NCBI GenBank assembly: GCA_030597375.1 | Contig: JAUVRX010000001.1 | Span: forward strand, 54,818-118,817 | Direction: 5' to 3' | Length of the DNA: 64,000 nucleotides | Source: Acidobacteriota bacterium | GTDB taxonomy: Bacteria; Acidobacteriota; Thermoanaerobaculia; Multivoradales; JAHEKO01 | Shown here: in pieces, positions 52,579-62,149 of the stretch | Layout: each line of letters starts with the position of its first letter | How positions within the stretch are numbered: position 1 is the first letter of the stretch | The notes under the pieces: model-generated | Told to the model about the DNA's origin: nothing | Databases searched by the model: none | Seen by the model: only the letters and a program-made list of their open reading frames with translations | Made by a program: the position numbers and the translations under genes

Positions 52579-54570
52579 ATGAGTGAAGTCGGCAAGACCA
52601 TCCTGCACTACCGCATTTTGAAGAAGCTGGGCGAAGGCGGTATGGGGACCGTCTATCTCGCCGAGGACACCAAGCTCAACCGCAAGGTCGCCGTCAAGTT
52701 CCTACCCGTGGAGATGGCTTCCGACCCCACTCGCTTGAAACGATTCGAACGGGAAGCGAAAACGGTCGCCAGCCTCAACCACCCCAACATCGTCACCCTG
52801 TTTGCCGTCGAGGAACACGACGGAGTCCCATTCCTGGTCATGGAATTGGTAGAGGGCGAGCCTCTCGGTGAGGTCATTGCCGAAGGGGGAATGGAAGTCC
52901 AGCGGTTCTTCCAGATCGCCATCCCCATGACCGATGCCCTGGCCGCCGCTCATGCCAGCGGCATCACCCACCGTGACCTAAAGCCCGGCAACATCATGCT
53001 GACGGCCGATGGCCGGGTCAAAATCCTCGACTTCGGACTGGCGAAGCTCCTCGAGGAGCCCGAACAGGATGCTACCGCCACTCTGTCCACCCAGGCATTG
53101 ACGCGAGAAGGCAGCGTCCTGGGCACCGTCCCCTACATGGCTCCCGAGCAGCTCAAGGGAACCGGACCCGATCCTCGATCGGACATCTTCTCCCTGGGAA
53201 TCGTTCTCTACCAGATGATCAGTGGGAGGCGACCCTTCAAGGGCGCCACCTCCGCCGAGGTCATCAGCTCGATCCTGCGGGACAGTCCACCGCCGGTGAC
53301 CGATCTCAAGATGGATCTACCTCCCCACCTCGGGAGAATCGTCAAACGCTGCCTCGAGAAGGACGTCTCACGACGTTATCAGTCGTCTGCCGACCTTCGA
53401 AATGAGCTCGAGGAGCTCAAGCGGGAGATCGAGACCGGCCAGATGTTCGAGACCAAGGCACGGCCGGCAGTCCTGCCCGAGCCGAGGTCACCCAGGTCCA
53501 GAACGAAGCCACTGCTGGCCATCCTGGCTGTCGTCGTCATCGTAGCCGCGGCCGCCCTTTTCCTTCTACGAGCCCAACACCCAGCCTCGACTCCAGAACC
53601 TCAGAGTGCGGCTCCTCCCCCTGCCGTCACGGAGACCGTCGCTGTGCTCCCTTTCAAGAGCCTGGGGGGAGAGGGTGGTGACGATCTGACGAACGGTCTG
53701 GCCGAGGAAATCACCAGCAAACTCACCGATCTCGAAGATCTCCAGGTGGTCTCCACTGCGACTGCGGCGCGCCATGCCCGCGCCGAGACCGGTACCCAGT
53801 TGATTGGTGAGCGGCTCGGAGCAACCTACCTAGTCCTGGGTACCGTCCAGTGGGACGACAGCGACACGCGCAATCCGCAGGTCCGGGTGACGCCCCAACT
53901 CGTTCGGGTCGCCGACGATATCCAGATCTGGTCCGAGAGTTTCGACCGGTCAGCGGCCCAGCCTCTCGAGGTCCAGTCCGAGATTGCCGGAATCGTCGTG
54001 CGGCAGGTGGGGGTGTCGCTTCTGGGTTGGGAGGGAGAGGAGGTGTTGCAGGCCCTCCTGGAGGACCAGGAGGTCGACCTCCCGATTCCAGAATCAGAGC
54101 CGACAAGATCCGCCAGCGCAACAGGTGGCGTCGGCGCTGCAAGCTCTCAGCCACCAGCAGGCTCGGAAGCCGGCGATGCCTCCAGTCGACAACAGGTCAT
54201 CGTCACCGAGACCGAACTGCAGAGTCAGCCATCTGCCGGGGATCCGGCTGTCGGACCGGTAACTCTGCACATTCAATTCGCCAGCCGAATGCCCGAAGGC
54301 GTACTGACCCTTTATGCCGACGAGAAGCAGATTCTCAAGGAGCAGTTCCGCTACCAGAAGAAGTCCCGCCTCCTGAGGCCAAAGCGCTCTCTGGGCGGCT
54401 TCGACACCACCCGTGAGATCTCGTCATCCACCCGCACCCTGAGGATCTACCTCCTGGTGGAAGGAGAATCCAAGCTCACTACCGTCACAACCGACCTTCT
54501 GGCGGCAGAAGAGCGGACGCTGACCATCGAACTGTTTCGCAAGGGGACGATCGAGGCCAGCCTCGAATAG
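52579..54570 (+). CDS. transmembrane Ser/Thr protein kinase with extracytoplasmic TolB-N-like sensor region
   Basis: ORF 52543..54570 trimmed to ATG (MSEVGKTILHYRI). Hanks kinase motifs are present: GEGGMGTVY, VAVK, HRDLKPGNIM, DFGLA, APE. A TM segment (LLAILAVVVIVAAAALFLL) precedes a C-terminal ~300-aa extracellular domain. Confidence 0.85.
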   Translation: MSEVGKTILHYRILKKLGEGGMGTVYLAEDTKLNRKVAVKFLPVEMASDPTRLKRFEREAKTVASLNHPNIVTLFAVEEHDGVPFLVMELVEGEPLGEVIAEGGMEVQRFFQIAIPMTDALAAAHASGITHRDLKPGNIMLTADGRVKILDFGLAKLLEEPEQDATATLSTQALTREGSVLGTVPYMAPEQLKGTGPDPRSDIFSLGIVLYQMISGRRPFKGATSAEVISSILRDSPPPVTDLKMDLPPHLGRIVKRCLEKDVSRRYQSSADLRNELEELKREIETGQMFETKARPAVLPEPRSPRSRTKPLLAILAVVVIVAAAALFLLRAQHPASTPEPQSAAPPPAVTETVAVLPFKSLGGEGGDDLTNGLAEEITSKLTDLEDLQVVSTATAARHARAETGTQLIGERLGATYLVLGTVQWDDSDTRNPQVRVTPQLVRVADDIQIWSESFDRSAAQPLEVQSEIAGIVVRQVGVSLLGWEGEEVLQALLEDQEVDLPIPESEPTRSASATGGVGAASSQPPAGSEAGDASSRQQVIVTETELQSQPSAGDPAVGPVTLHIQFASRMPEGVLTLYADEKQILKEQFRYQKKSRLLRPKRSLGGFDTTREISSSTRTLRIYLLVEGESKLTTVTTDLLAAEERTLTIELFRKGTIEASLE

Positions 54571-54625
54571 CAGGTCGGCCCTGGTTCTCGGCCCCGCGAA
54601 AGACCCACTCTTCGCCTCGCACCGC

Positions 54626-55144
54626 GTGCCGTACGCCTACTACCACCGCCTCAGCGCAGGAAAGAGGCGAATCTACCGCCGTAGCGACTCCATCGATTCG
54701 GTAGATCTCCCGGGACCCGAGGATCTGCCGTCTCTGACCAGGAACCTGAGAAGGGCTCTCCAGTCGGAAAGCCGCAGCGCTGTGACAGCGGCCTGCCAAA
54801 GTCTGGCCGACGGGTTGACTCGGTCGCTACGAGTACCACCACTCGAGGTTGTGGTACACCTCGTCCGACCCCGAGGGTCTCGCAGCGAGCTCCACGGCCT
54901 CTATGAGCCTGGTGCATTCCGCCGCGATGCCCGAGTCTCTTTGTGGATGCGCACAGCCCAACGTCGGCAGGTCGTGGCCTTTCGGACTTTCTTGCGCACC
55001 TTTCTCCACGAAGTCTGCCACCACCTCGACTACGAGCTGTTCGGACTGCGCGAGAGCTACCACACTCAGGGCTTCTTCAAGCGAGAATCCAGCCTCTACC
55101 GCCAACTCGTAGGTTCCGAGACTGGAGTGCAACCAGGCCCATGA
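54626..55144 (+). CDS. hypothetical protein with HExxH-type motif (putative small zinc hydrolase)
   Basis: 172 aa from a GTG start; contains LHEVCHHLDYE. Family not recognised and start uncertain. Confidence 0.4.
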   Translation: MPYAYYHRLSAGKRRIYRRSDSIDSVDLPGPEDLPSLTRNLRRALQSESRSAVTAACQSLADGLTRSLRVPPLEVVVHLVRPRGSRSELHGLYEPGAFRRDARVSLWMRTAQRRQVVAFRTFLRTFLHEVCHHLDYELFGLRESYHTQGFFKRESSLYRQLVGSETGVQPGP

Positions 55145-55201
55145 AGAAACCCGACCCGCAAGTGCGGGCCGGGCAATCGAGTCGGCGATCTTGAACGGAT
55201 C

Positions 55202-55654
55202 CTAGATCCAGCGTGCCAGCCGCTTGGCGTTGCGCTCGACCGCGCGAGTGGGAACCGCAACGCGAATCCTGACGTCGTCCTGGTCCACCTCGACCTTCAA
55301 CACTCCGTGCTCCTTGTATACCTTGACATGCTCCGAGCCATCCTGGACCTCGACCAACGTGACATCGGGACAGTCATCCAGAGCCTCGACCAGACTTCGC
55401 AGCATGGGCTCCCACTGCCCCAGGTCAACGTCGAGCTCGAGCAGTCGCTCGTCAGGCAGCATCAGTCCGCCGGTGATCAACGCAGCATCAACCACGGCTA
55501 TCGGCAACGGAAGATAGAGATTCACTCCCTCGTCGCGGTCCTGAACCTGCACGGTCATGACACCGCCCCAGGCGTAGACAGCACCGATCAGCACGACCCA
55601 ACTCAGGATCAGAACTGCGAATCCGGCGGCAACAAATGTCAGGATTTTCTTCAT
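55202..55654 (-). CDS. secreted/anchored hypothetical protein, paralog 1 of tandem pair
   Basis: ORF 55202..55708 trimmed to MKKILTFVAAGFAVLILSWVVLIGAVYA (strong RBS ggagggagg). It shares blocks with the adjacent gene. Confidence 0.55.
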   Translation of the reverse strand: MKKILTFVAAGFAVLILSWVVLIGAVYAWGGVMTVQVQDRDEGVNLYLPLPIAVVDAALITGGLMLPDERLLELDVDLGQWEPMLRSLVEALDDCPDVTLVEVQDGSEHVKVYKEHGVLKVEVDQDDVRIRVAVPTRAVERNAKRLARWI

Positions 55655-55673
55655 GGTCGAACCTCCCTCCGCG

Positions 55674-56240
55674 TCAGTCGGCCTCTGCAACCCGATCCAC
55701 CCACACACGGACCTTTTCGTCGTTTCCGCTGACGGTCACCAGCTCACCTTCGCCCTCTTCGACCAGGGCCTCGATGGCGGCCGTGATATTCAACTCGTTG
55801 TCATCGCCCGACAGCAGCGCATCGACAACCGCCAGAGGAAGACTGACATCGACATTGTCGCCACCCGCCTCCTCGTTCGCGCCTTCCCGAACACTGACTT
55901 TCAGGTAGCCCGACTCCTTCCAGACCCTCACAGACTCGTCGTCCTCCTGCACGGTGACGAAGGTCATGTCCGGGCTGTTCTTGAGCTCTGCCCAGAGCTC
56001 GCGGAGATCGGCAGTGCTCGTGTGCCACTCATCGATCTCGATCCGCCCGTCTCGGAAGTGCTCTTCGGGAATCATGCTGACCGCCTTCTCCAGCATGGTC
56101 ACCGGCAGGTTTACCTTCACCGTGGCGCCGTCTTTCTCCTCGACTCGGACGTGAAGCCATAGGTCAGCAGCCATGGCGCTGCCGGCACCCAGGATCAAAA
56201 CTGATGCCAGGCCTGCGATACGGAGTGTTCTCTGTCGCAT
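55674..56240 (-). CDS. secreted hypothetical protein, paralog 2 of tandem pair
   Basis: ORF 55674..56285 trimmed to MRQRTLRIAGLASVLILGAGSAMA (RBS aaggagag). Blocks VNLPV.., TFVTVQEDDESVRVWKE.G.LKV.V and DV...LP.AVVDA align with paralog 1 (VNLYLP.., VTLVEVQDGSEHVKVYKEHGVLKVEV). Confidence 0.55.
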   Translation of the reverse strand: MRQRTLRIAGLASVLILGAGSAMAADLWLHVRVEEKDGATVKVNLPVTMLEKAVSMIPEEHFRDGRIEIDEWHTSTADLRELWAELKNSPDMTFVTVQEDDESVRVWKESGYLKVSVREGANEEAGGDNVDVSLPLAVVDALLSGDDNELNITAAIEALVEEGEGELVTVSGNDEKVRVWVDRVAEAD

Positions 56241-56430
56241 TTCGATCTCTCCTTCGGTTCTTGCTACAGCCTTCGAACTCGTCAACTACTCCCTATGACG
56301 GCTGACGACGCAGAAAGTTTCACCCATCTTCTTGGCGCCCAGCTCCGGATATAGTAGGCCTTCGTCTTCTAGGAGCCCCTGGGAAGAGTACGGGGGCCGC
56401 TGACAACAACTCGATTTCGAGGGCAACGAC

Positions 56431-59298
56431 GTGCGAACGACAAGATCACTCCTTCTGCTCATCATCGGACTTCTGGCAACCGTAGGAGCCTCGGCGCAGG
56501 ACCCGGCCCCGGCGTCAGAACCTGGGTTCGACCTCTCGGCCAAGCTACCCATTGACTCCGATGTGCTGAAAGGTCAGCTGGACAACGGGCTCACCTACCT
56601 CATTCGGGCCAACCAGAAGCCTGAGAATCGCGCCGAGCTGTGGCTGGTCGTCAACGCCGGATCCATCCAGGAGGACGATGACCAGCAGGGACTCGCCCAC
56701 TTCGTCGAGCACATGGCTTTCAACGGCACCCGCAACTTCGAAAAACAGGAACTGGTGGACTATCTCGAGCGCATCGGCATGACATTCGGGCCCGACATCA
56801 ACGCCTTCACCAGCTTCGACGAGACGGTCTACAACCTGACGATTCCGACCGATGACGACGAGACTGTGGCGACAGCGTTCCAGATTCTCGAGGACTGGGC
56901 GCACGGTCTGGCCTTCGAGGATGAGGAGATCGACAAGGAGAGGGGGGTTGTCATCGAAGAGTGGCGCCTCGGCCGGGGAGCTCAGGCCCGGGTCCGGGAC
57001 AAGCAATTTCCGGTGCTGTTCAAGGGCTCGAGATATGCCGAACGCCTACCGATCGGCAAGAAGGAGATCCTCGAATCGGCGCCCCACGATGTGCTGCGTA
57101 GGTTCTATCGCGACTGGTACCGGCCCGATCTCATGGCGGTGATCGCTGTTGGAGATTTCGAGCCTGAGGTCATGCAGAAACTCATCCGCAAGCACTTTGC
57201 GAACCTCGAGATGCCCGACGAACCTCGCAAACGCGAGACCTATCCAGTACCGGACCAGGACGAAGATCTGTTCGCCATTACCACCGATCCCGAGGTTACG
57301 ATGACTTCGGTGGGCGTCTACTACAAGTTACCCAAGCGCCCACAGGGCACGGCCGGCGACTACAGGCGTCAGGTCGTCGAACAGCTCTATCACGCCATGA
57401 TCAACTCCCGACTCGGCGAGCTGACCCAGAAAGCCGACCCTCCCTTCCTCTATGCGGTCTCGGCCTCTGCCGGCATCGTTCGATCGCGCGACTTCTTCCT
57501 GCAGGTCGCAGGTGTGCGTGAGGGACAGGTGATCCGCGGTCTGGAGGCCCTTCTGACCGAAGCAGAGCGGGCCGATCGCTTTGGTTTCACCGAGACGGAG
57601 CTGAACCGGCAAAAGGCCGACCTGTTGCGCGCCTACCAGCAGGCCTACGCCGAAAGAGACAAGCGCGAATCAGCTTCCCTGGCTTCGGAGTACATGCGCC
57701 ATTTTCTCGACGACGAGCCCATTCCAGGGATCGAGATGGAGCTCGAGATCGTCGAGGAGTTCCTGCCGACCATCACCCTCGAAGAGCTCAACGAGTTGGC
57801 CGACAAAGCGATCACGCAAACCAATCGGGTAGTGCTGTTGAGTGGCCCCGAGAAGGCTGATCAACCGCTGCCGGACGAGAAGGCCCTGACCGCCGCGTTC
57901 GGCAACGTAGCCGACTCCGAGATCGTGGCCTATGTCGATCGAGTCAGGGACAAGCCGCTTCTCGAGCACGAGCCCACTGCCTCGGCCGTAGTCGAGGAAC
58001 GTTTCATCGAAGAGATCGACGTCACCGAGTGGCGTCTCGAGAACGGCATTCGAGTCGTCTTGAAGCCGACTGACTTCAAGAACGACCAGGTCCTCCTGAC
58101 CGGCTTCAGCCCGGGCGGACACTCCCTGGTGCCCGACGCGAAGTACAGCTCGGCTGTCTTTGCCGACACCATCATGTCCGAGGGCGGCGTTGGCGAGTTC
58201 GACGCCATCGAGCTCCAGAAGGCCATGGCCGGCAAACTGGTCAGCCTCGGTCCCTTCATCGGCGAGCTCGAGGAAGGGATTACCGCCAGCGCCTCGCCGC
58301 AGGATCTGGAGACCATGTTTCAGCTGCTCTACCTATCCATGACGGCGCCAAGGGCCGATCCCGAGGCCTACCAGGCTTTCATGACCAAGATGGAGTCCTT
58401 CCTCGAGAACCGCCAGTCTCGGCCAGAGCTCGCCTTCAGTGACGAGGTGCAGAGCGTCACCTACGGGGGACATTTCCGAAGACGTCCCATCTCCACTGAG
58501 ATCCTCCAGGAGATCGACCTGGAAACGGCCCTGGAAGTCTTCCAGGACCGGTTCGCCGACGCCGGCGACTTCACGTTTCTCATCGTCGGCAACTTCGAGC
58601 TCGACGGCATTCGCCCCCTTGTCGAACGCTACCTTGGAGGACTGCCCACGACCGGTCGCGAAGAGACCTGGAGGGATATCGGTGCCGATCCGGTCGAGGG
58701 AAGGCTCGAGGTTACGATGCATCGCGGCCTGGAGCCCAAGAGTCGGGTGCAAATGCTCGTCCGAGGACCTGCCGAATGGAGCCGAGAGAGCCTGCATGAC
58801 ATCCAATCCCTGGCCGCCGCGCTGCGAATTCGCCTTCGAGAGGTTCTGCGGGAGGACATGGGTGCCACCTACGGCGTCGGGGTGAACGGGCTTCTCGTGG
58901 ATCGGCCCAAGGAACGGTACCTCTTCGCCATCGGCTTCGGCTGCGCCCCAGAGAACGTCGAAGAGATGATCGCAGCCGTCAGGACGGAGATTCAATTCGT
59001 ACAGGAGAAGGGTCTCGACGAGACCTACGCCGAGAAGGTGCGCGAAGCTCAGCGGCGTCGCCGCGAGGTCAGTCTGAAGGAGAACGATTTCTGGGTTGCA
59101 GCCCTCAGGACCTACTACACGCGGCAGATGGACCCTCGGTTGATCCTGGACTACGAGGCCCTCGTGGAGCGGGTGACCCCCGAGAACCTCAAGGCCTCCG
59201 CTCGGAAGTATCTGAGCAGCGAGAATTCCCTCGAAGCCATTCTCTATCCGGAAGAACCGGCAGAAACCGGCGTTGAGACAACCGGAGGCGAGCAGTAG
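56431..59298 (+). CDS. M16-family zinc metallopeptidase (pitrilysin/insulinase-like), secreted, two M16 halves
   Basis: 955 aa with a signal peptide MRTTRSLLLLIIGLLATVGASAQ. The inverted zinc motif is HFVEH...E (HxxEH), followed by a duplicated inactive C-terminal half. Confidence 0.85.
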   Translation: MRTTRSLLLLIIGLLATVGASAQDPAPASEPGFDLSAKLPIDSDVLKGQLDNGLTYLIRANQKPENRAELWLVVNAGSIQEDDDQQGLAHFVEHMAFNGTRNFEKQELVDYLERIGMTFGPDINAFTSFDETVYNLTIPTDDDETVATAFQILEDWAHGLAFEDEEIDKERGVVIEEWRLGRGAQARVRDKQFPVLFKGSRYAERLPIGKKEILESAPHDVLRRFYRDWYRPDLMAVIAVGDFEPEVMQKLIRKHFANLEMPDEPRKRETYPVPDQDEDLFAITTDPEVTMTSVGVYYKLPKRPQGTAGDYRRQVVEQLYHAMINSRLGELTQKADPPFLYAVSASAGIVRSRDFFLQVAGVREGQVIRGLEALLTEAERADRFGFTETELNRQKADLLRAYQQAYAERDKRESASLASEYMRHFLDDEPIPGIEMELEIVEEFLPTITLEELNELADKAITQTNRVVLLSGPEKADQPLPDEKALTAAFGNVADSEIVAYVDRVRDKPLLEHEPTASAVVEERFIEEIDVTEWRLENGIRVVLKPTDFKNDQVLLTGFSPGGHSLVPDAKYSSAVFADTIMSEGGVGEFDAIELQKAMAGKLVSLGPFIGELEEGITASASPQDLETMFQLLYLSMTAPRADPEAYQAFMTKMESFLENRQSRPELAFSDEVQSVTYGGHFRRRPISTEILQEIDLETALEVFQDRFADAGDFTFLIVGNFELDGIRPLVERYLGGLPTTGREETWRDIGADPVEGRLEVTMHRGLEPKSRVQMLVRGPAEWSRESLHDIQSLAAALRIRLREVLREDMGATYGVGVNGLLVDRPKERYLFAIGFGCAPENVEEMIAAVRTEIQFVQEKGLDETYAEKVREAQRRRREVSLKENDFWVAALRTYYTRQMDPRLILDYEALVERVTPENLKASARKYLSSENSLEAILYPEEPAETGVETTGGEQ

Positions 59299-59684
59299 AA
59301 ACGTCTAGCCCTCGAAGGCAGAAGGCAGAGCGCAGTTCTAAGGTAACGTCGGTATCTGCTCCGGCGGAGCCAGCAGGAGCATCGGGTCGATCCTGGCTCC
59401 GCACCGTTCGACCTCGTCCCCAGGCCAGCGTTCGATGCCACCCGGCGCCACAGAGAGGGTCCCGGCCGTCGCCGGCATCGCCAGGCTAGCGATCAGCAGC
59501 AGGAAGCGAACCGGTGACAACTTCGATCTCACCGACACCCCGAATCTCCTCTCCAAGGATCCGAGAGCCAGTCCCGAAGGCACATTGATCGTCGCAGAGG
59601 ACTTCCGAGACACGTCCTGGAGTAGCATGAGACCATCACGAAGACCGTCGGATCCTGTCGGTGTTGGAGAGAGGACAAGAATCC

Positions 59685-60059
59685 ATGTGGCGCACCAAAG
59701 CCGTGATCTCGATGCTGGTGGAAGATGTGGCCGAGCTCCGAATCTTGGAGTCACCAGACGAAACATCCGCCGAGAAAGGGGAAAGCGAGAGGGATGAGCG
59801 TCCCGAGATGGAAGCCCTGGTCAAGGCCCGCCGAAAGGCCATCCTGGTCTGCATCGTCGACTGGATCGCCATCGTCGTCCTATTGACCTTCCACTCCGGG
59901 TCGGGATCTTTTCTACCTCTCGAGCCCTCCATCGACACTGTGTTCACACTGGGGGTGCTGGTTGTCGCCATGCATTCCGGCTTTCGCCTGGGCCAGGGCC
60001 GAACCTACCAAGCGGTGGCCCGCGTCTGCCAGGAGCTTTGGGAGCGCGAGAGCGGCTGA
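59685..60059 (+). CDS. small hypothetical membrane protein
   Basis: Internal Met of ORF 59661..60059 (RBS ggagagagga). It has two predicted TM segments and no recognised family. Confidence 0.35.
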   Translation: MWRTKAVISMLVEDVAELRILESPDETSAEKGESERDERPEMEALVKARRKAILVCIVDWIAIVVLLTFHSGSGSFLPLEPSIDTVFTLGVLVVAMHSGFRLGQGRTYQAVARVCQELWERESG

Positions 60060-60108
60060 CATCTCGGCCGGCGGCGCCCCTGCAGCGCAAATCCTGCCCC
60101 CCCGGCCT

Positions 60109-60927
60109 TCAGTTCAGGTCCAAACCAGCCAGGGCTGAAATCTCCCTCGCCTTCGACTGCAGCTGACGCAGGTTCTGGGGCCCGAAGCGAACGAAGTTCT
60201 TGGAGGCGGAAGGGAGCTTCTCGAGCTCCGGATCCGCGAACTCGTACGAAGAGACCTTCGGGTTGACCTCGACCTCCCCGCTGACCACAGGCGCCGCCAG
60301 CAGCCGACCGACTGCCTGCTCCATGGTGTCGTCGAAGCTCTGGCTCGGGTAGCCAAGATCGCGGTAAGCCTCACGAAAGAGCGGTAGAAGAGCCCTGTAG
60401 AGTTGGGCTGCTCCTTCGCTGTCGATCGAGCTCACGACCTGCACGACCGTATCGTAGCGCTCGTAGCTTGTCGGATCGATGAAGGTCCGGCCGTTCCTCT
60501 CCTCCACCTGGAACCGCTCGTCGGGCCACATGAACGGCAGGTGACTCCTTGGGCTCGTGCCCTCGGCCAGATTGTCCACGGCAGCTACGAAACGCCGGAT
60601 CATCTCGTCGGTGACGAGCCATTCCGCCAGCTCCGGATGGGCTGAAAGCTGTCCCACCAGCCCACGCAACCAGCCATCGCTGTCGTCCAGCTGAGGCAGG
60701 TCACCGATTTCCAGAGGTGCTTTCTCGAGGGGTGCCGGTGCCTGCTCGGCGACGGGAGGCGCTGTCGTCGGCTCTTCCGACACCTCGGAAGGCCGGTTTC
60801 TGAGCATCACGACCGCTACGATTACGGCCACCAGCAATAACGCTCCCACCCAATACGGCCAACGGGGGAGAGCCGATGACTCACTCTCCAGAGTCGGCTC
60901 CTTCTCGAAGTCCTCGAGCTCACTCAT
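60109..60927 (-). CDS. membrane-anchored hypothetical protein (N-terminal TM, Pro/Ala-rich linker, conserved C-terminal domain; DUF3014-like)
   Basis: ORF 60109..61038 (TTG-initiated as listed) trimmed to MSELEDFEKEP by codon count. It has a TM segment WVGALLLVAVIVAVVML. Start and family assignment are tentative. Confidence 0.5.
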   Translation of the reverse strand: MSELEDFEKEPTLESESSALPRWPYWVGALLLVAVIVAVVMLRNRPSEVSEEPTTAPPVAEQAPAPLEKAPLEIGDLPQLDDSDGWLRGLVGQLSAHPELAEWLVTDEMIRRFVAAVDNLAEGTSPRSHLPFMWPDERFQVEERNGRTFIDPTSYERYDTVVQVVSSIDSEGAAQLYRALLPLFREAYRDLGYPSQSFDDTMEQAVGRLLAAPVVSGEVEVNPKVSSYEFADPELEKLPSASKNFVRFGPQNLRQLQSKAREISALAGLDLN

Positions 60928-61186
60928 CGTTCCGTCACTCCTTGTCTGGCGCGCCTCCCGCATTGGAGCTCCGCACCCTTCACCCTTCATTCTATTCCGA
61001 TCCACCCTCACCCGCCCCGGCCGCTTCCATATCCCCAAACCCCTACGCCCTTACGCCCCCAAAGATCGGCCGGAAGGTATGCCCGGCCGCCTCAACCCCC
61101 AAGGCCTCAGGGCCTCGTGCCATTCCCCATCCGTTAGGATCCCAATCGAGGGCCGACCAGGCCCGAGAGTCCAAGGGAGCCGACGA

Positions 61187-62149
61187 GTGGAGACTGTCCG
61201 TTTGGGAAGAACCGAAGCTCGAGTGCCGCGGGTCGCACTCGGGACCTGGGGCCACGGTGGCCCGAAGACCGTCGGCAAGCATCCGGTAGGCTGGTCTGGA
61301 TACGACCCCGAAGCCGCCCGAACCGCTCTTCTGCTGGCCTTCGACAGGGGCCTCACCCACTGGGACACGGCTGACGTCTATGGCGATGGACAGGCCGAAC
61401 GCTCCATCGGAACCCTCTGGGAGATCCGGCCGCGAGATCAGGGGTTTCTCGCCAGCAAGGTGGGATGGGACCCAGGAGCCTACAGCCACTTCTACCATCC
61501 CGATCAGATTCGCCAGCAACTGGAACGATCCCTCGACAATTTGCAGACCGACCACCTCGATCTGTACTACCTGCATCATTGCGACTTCGGGCCAGACGAC
61601 GAGTACCTCGATGACGCGGTGGCGCTGCTGCGCCGATTTCGGGAGGAAGGCAAGATTCGATTCATCGGTCTTTCCGACTGGAAGGCGGCGAAAGTGGTCC
61701 GCTACGCCGACACGGTCGACCCCGACGTCGTGCAGCCCTACCGCAATGTCGTCGACGACTCCTGGGAGTCCAGTGGTCTCAAAGAATGGGCCGACAACAA
61801 CGACGCCGGAGTCGCCTTCTTCTCACCTCTCAAGCATGGCCTCCTTCTCGGCCGCTACGATGAGCCGCCAACGTTCGGTCCCGGAGATCACAGGAGCCGC
61901 ATCCCGGGGTTCAGCGACCCCGAGCAACTGGCACACTTTCGCCGATGCCGCGAAGCGCTGGAACACCGTTGGCCGTCACTTCCCCATCCGGTCCTGGATG
62001 CCCTGATAGGGGTACTGCTGACCGATGCCAAGTCGAGCTGTGTGCTCGTAGGCCTCCGGCAGCCCCATCATGTGGAGGCGGCCGTCCAGACAGGTCACCC
62101 TCTTTCGCCAGAGGACACAGCCTGGGTTCGGAGCCTCTATCGAGGATGA
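61187..62149 (+). CDS. aldo/keto reductase
   Basis: ORF 61079..62149 trimmed to the GTG start VETVRLGRTEARVPRVALGTWGHGG (RBS aagggag). The block GLTHWDTADVYGDGQAERSIG is the AKR catalytic D/Y/K region. Confidence 0.75.
   Translation: METVRLGRTEARVPRVALGTWGHGGPKTVGKHPVGWSGYDPEAARTALLLAFDRGLTHWDTADVYGDGQAERSIGTLWEIRPRDQGFLASKVGWDPGAYSHFYHPDQIRQQLERSLDNLQTDHLDLYYLHHCDFGPDDEYLDDAVALLRRFREEGKIRFIGLSDWKAAKVVRYADTVDPDVVQPYRNVVDDSWESSGLKEWADNNDAGVAFFSPLKHGLLLGRYDEPPTFGPGDHRSRIPGFSDPEQLAHFRRCREALEHRWPSLPHPVLDALIGVLLTDAKSSCVLVGLRQPHHVEAAVQTGHPLSPEDTAWVRSLYRG

Noticed and set aside
59299-59684. 385-bp gap with overlapping 142-aa and 120-aa ORFs
   Set aside because: The two ORFs overlap on opposite strands, lack RBSs and have biased composition. 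They were treated as the promoter or leader of the downstream small membrane-protein gene. No ncRNA signature could be recognised by eye.
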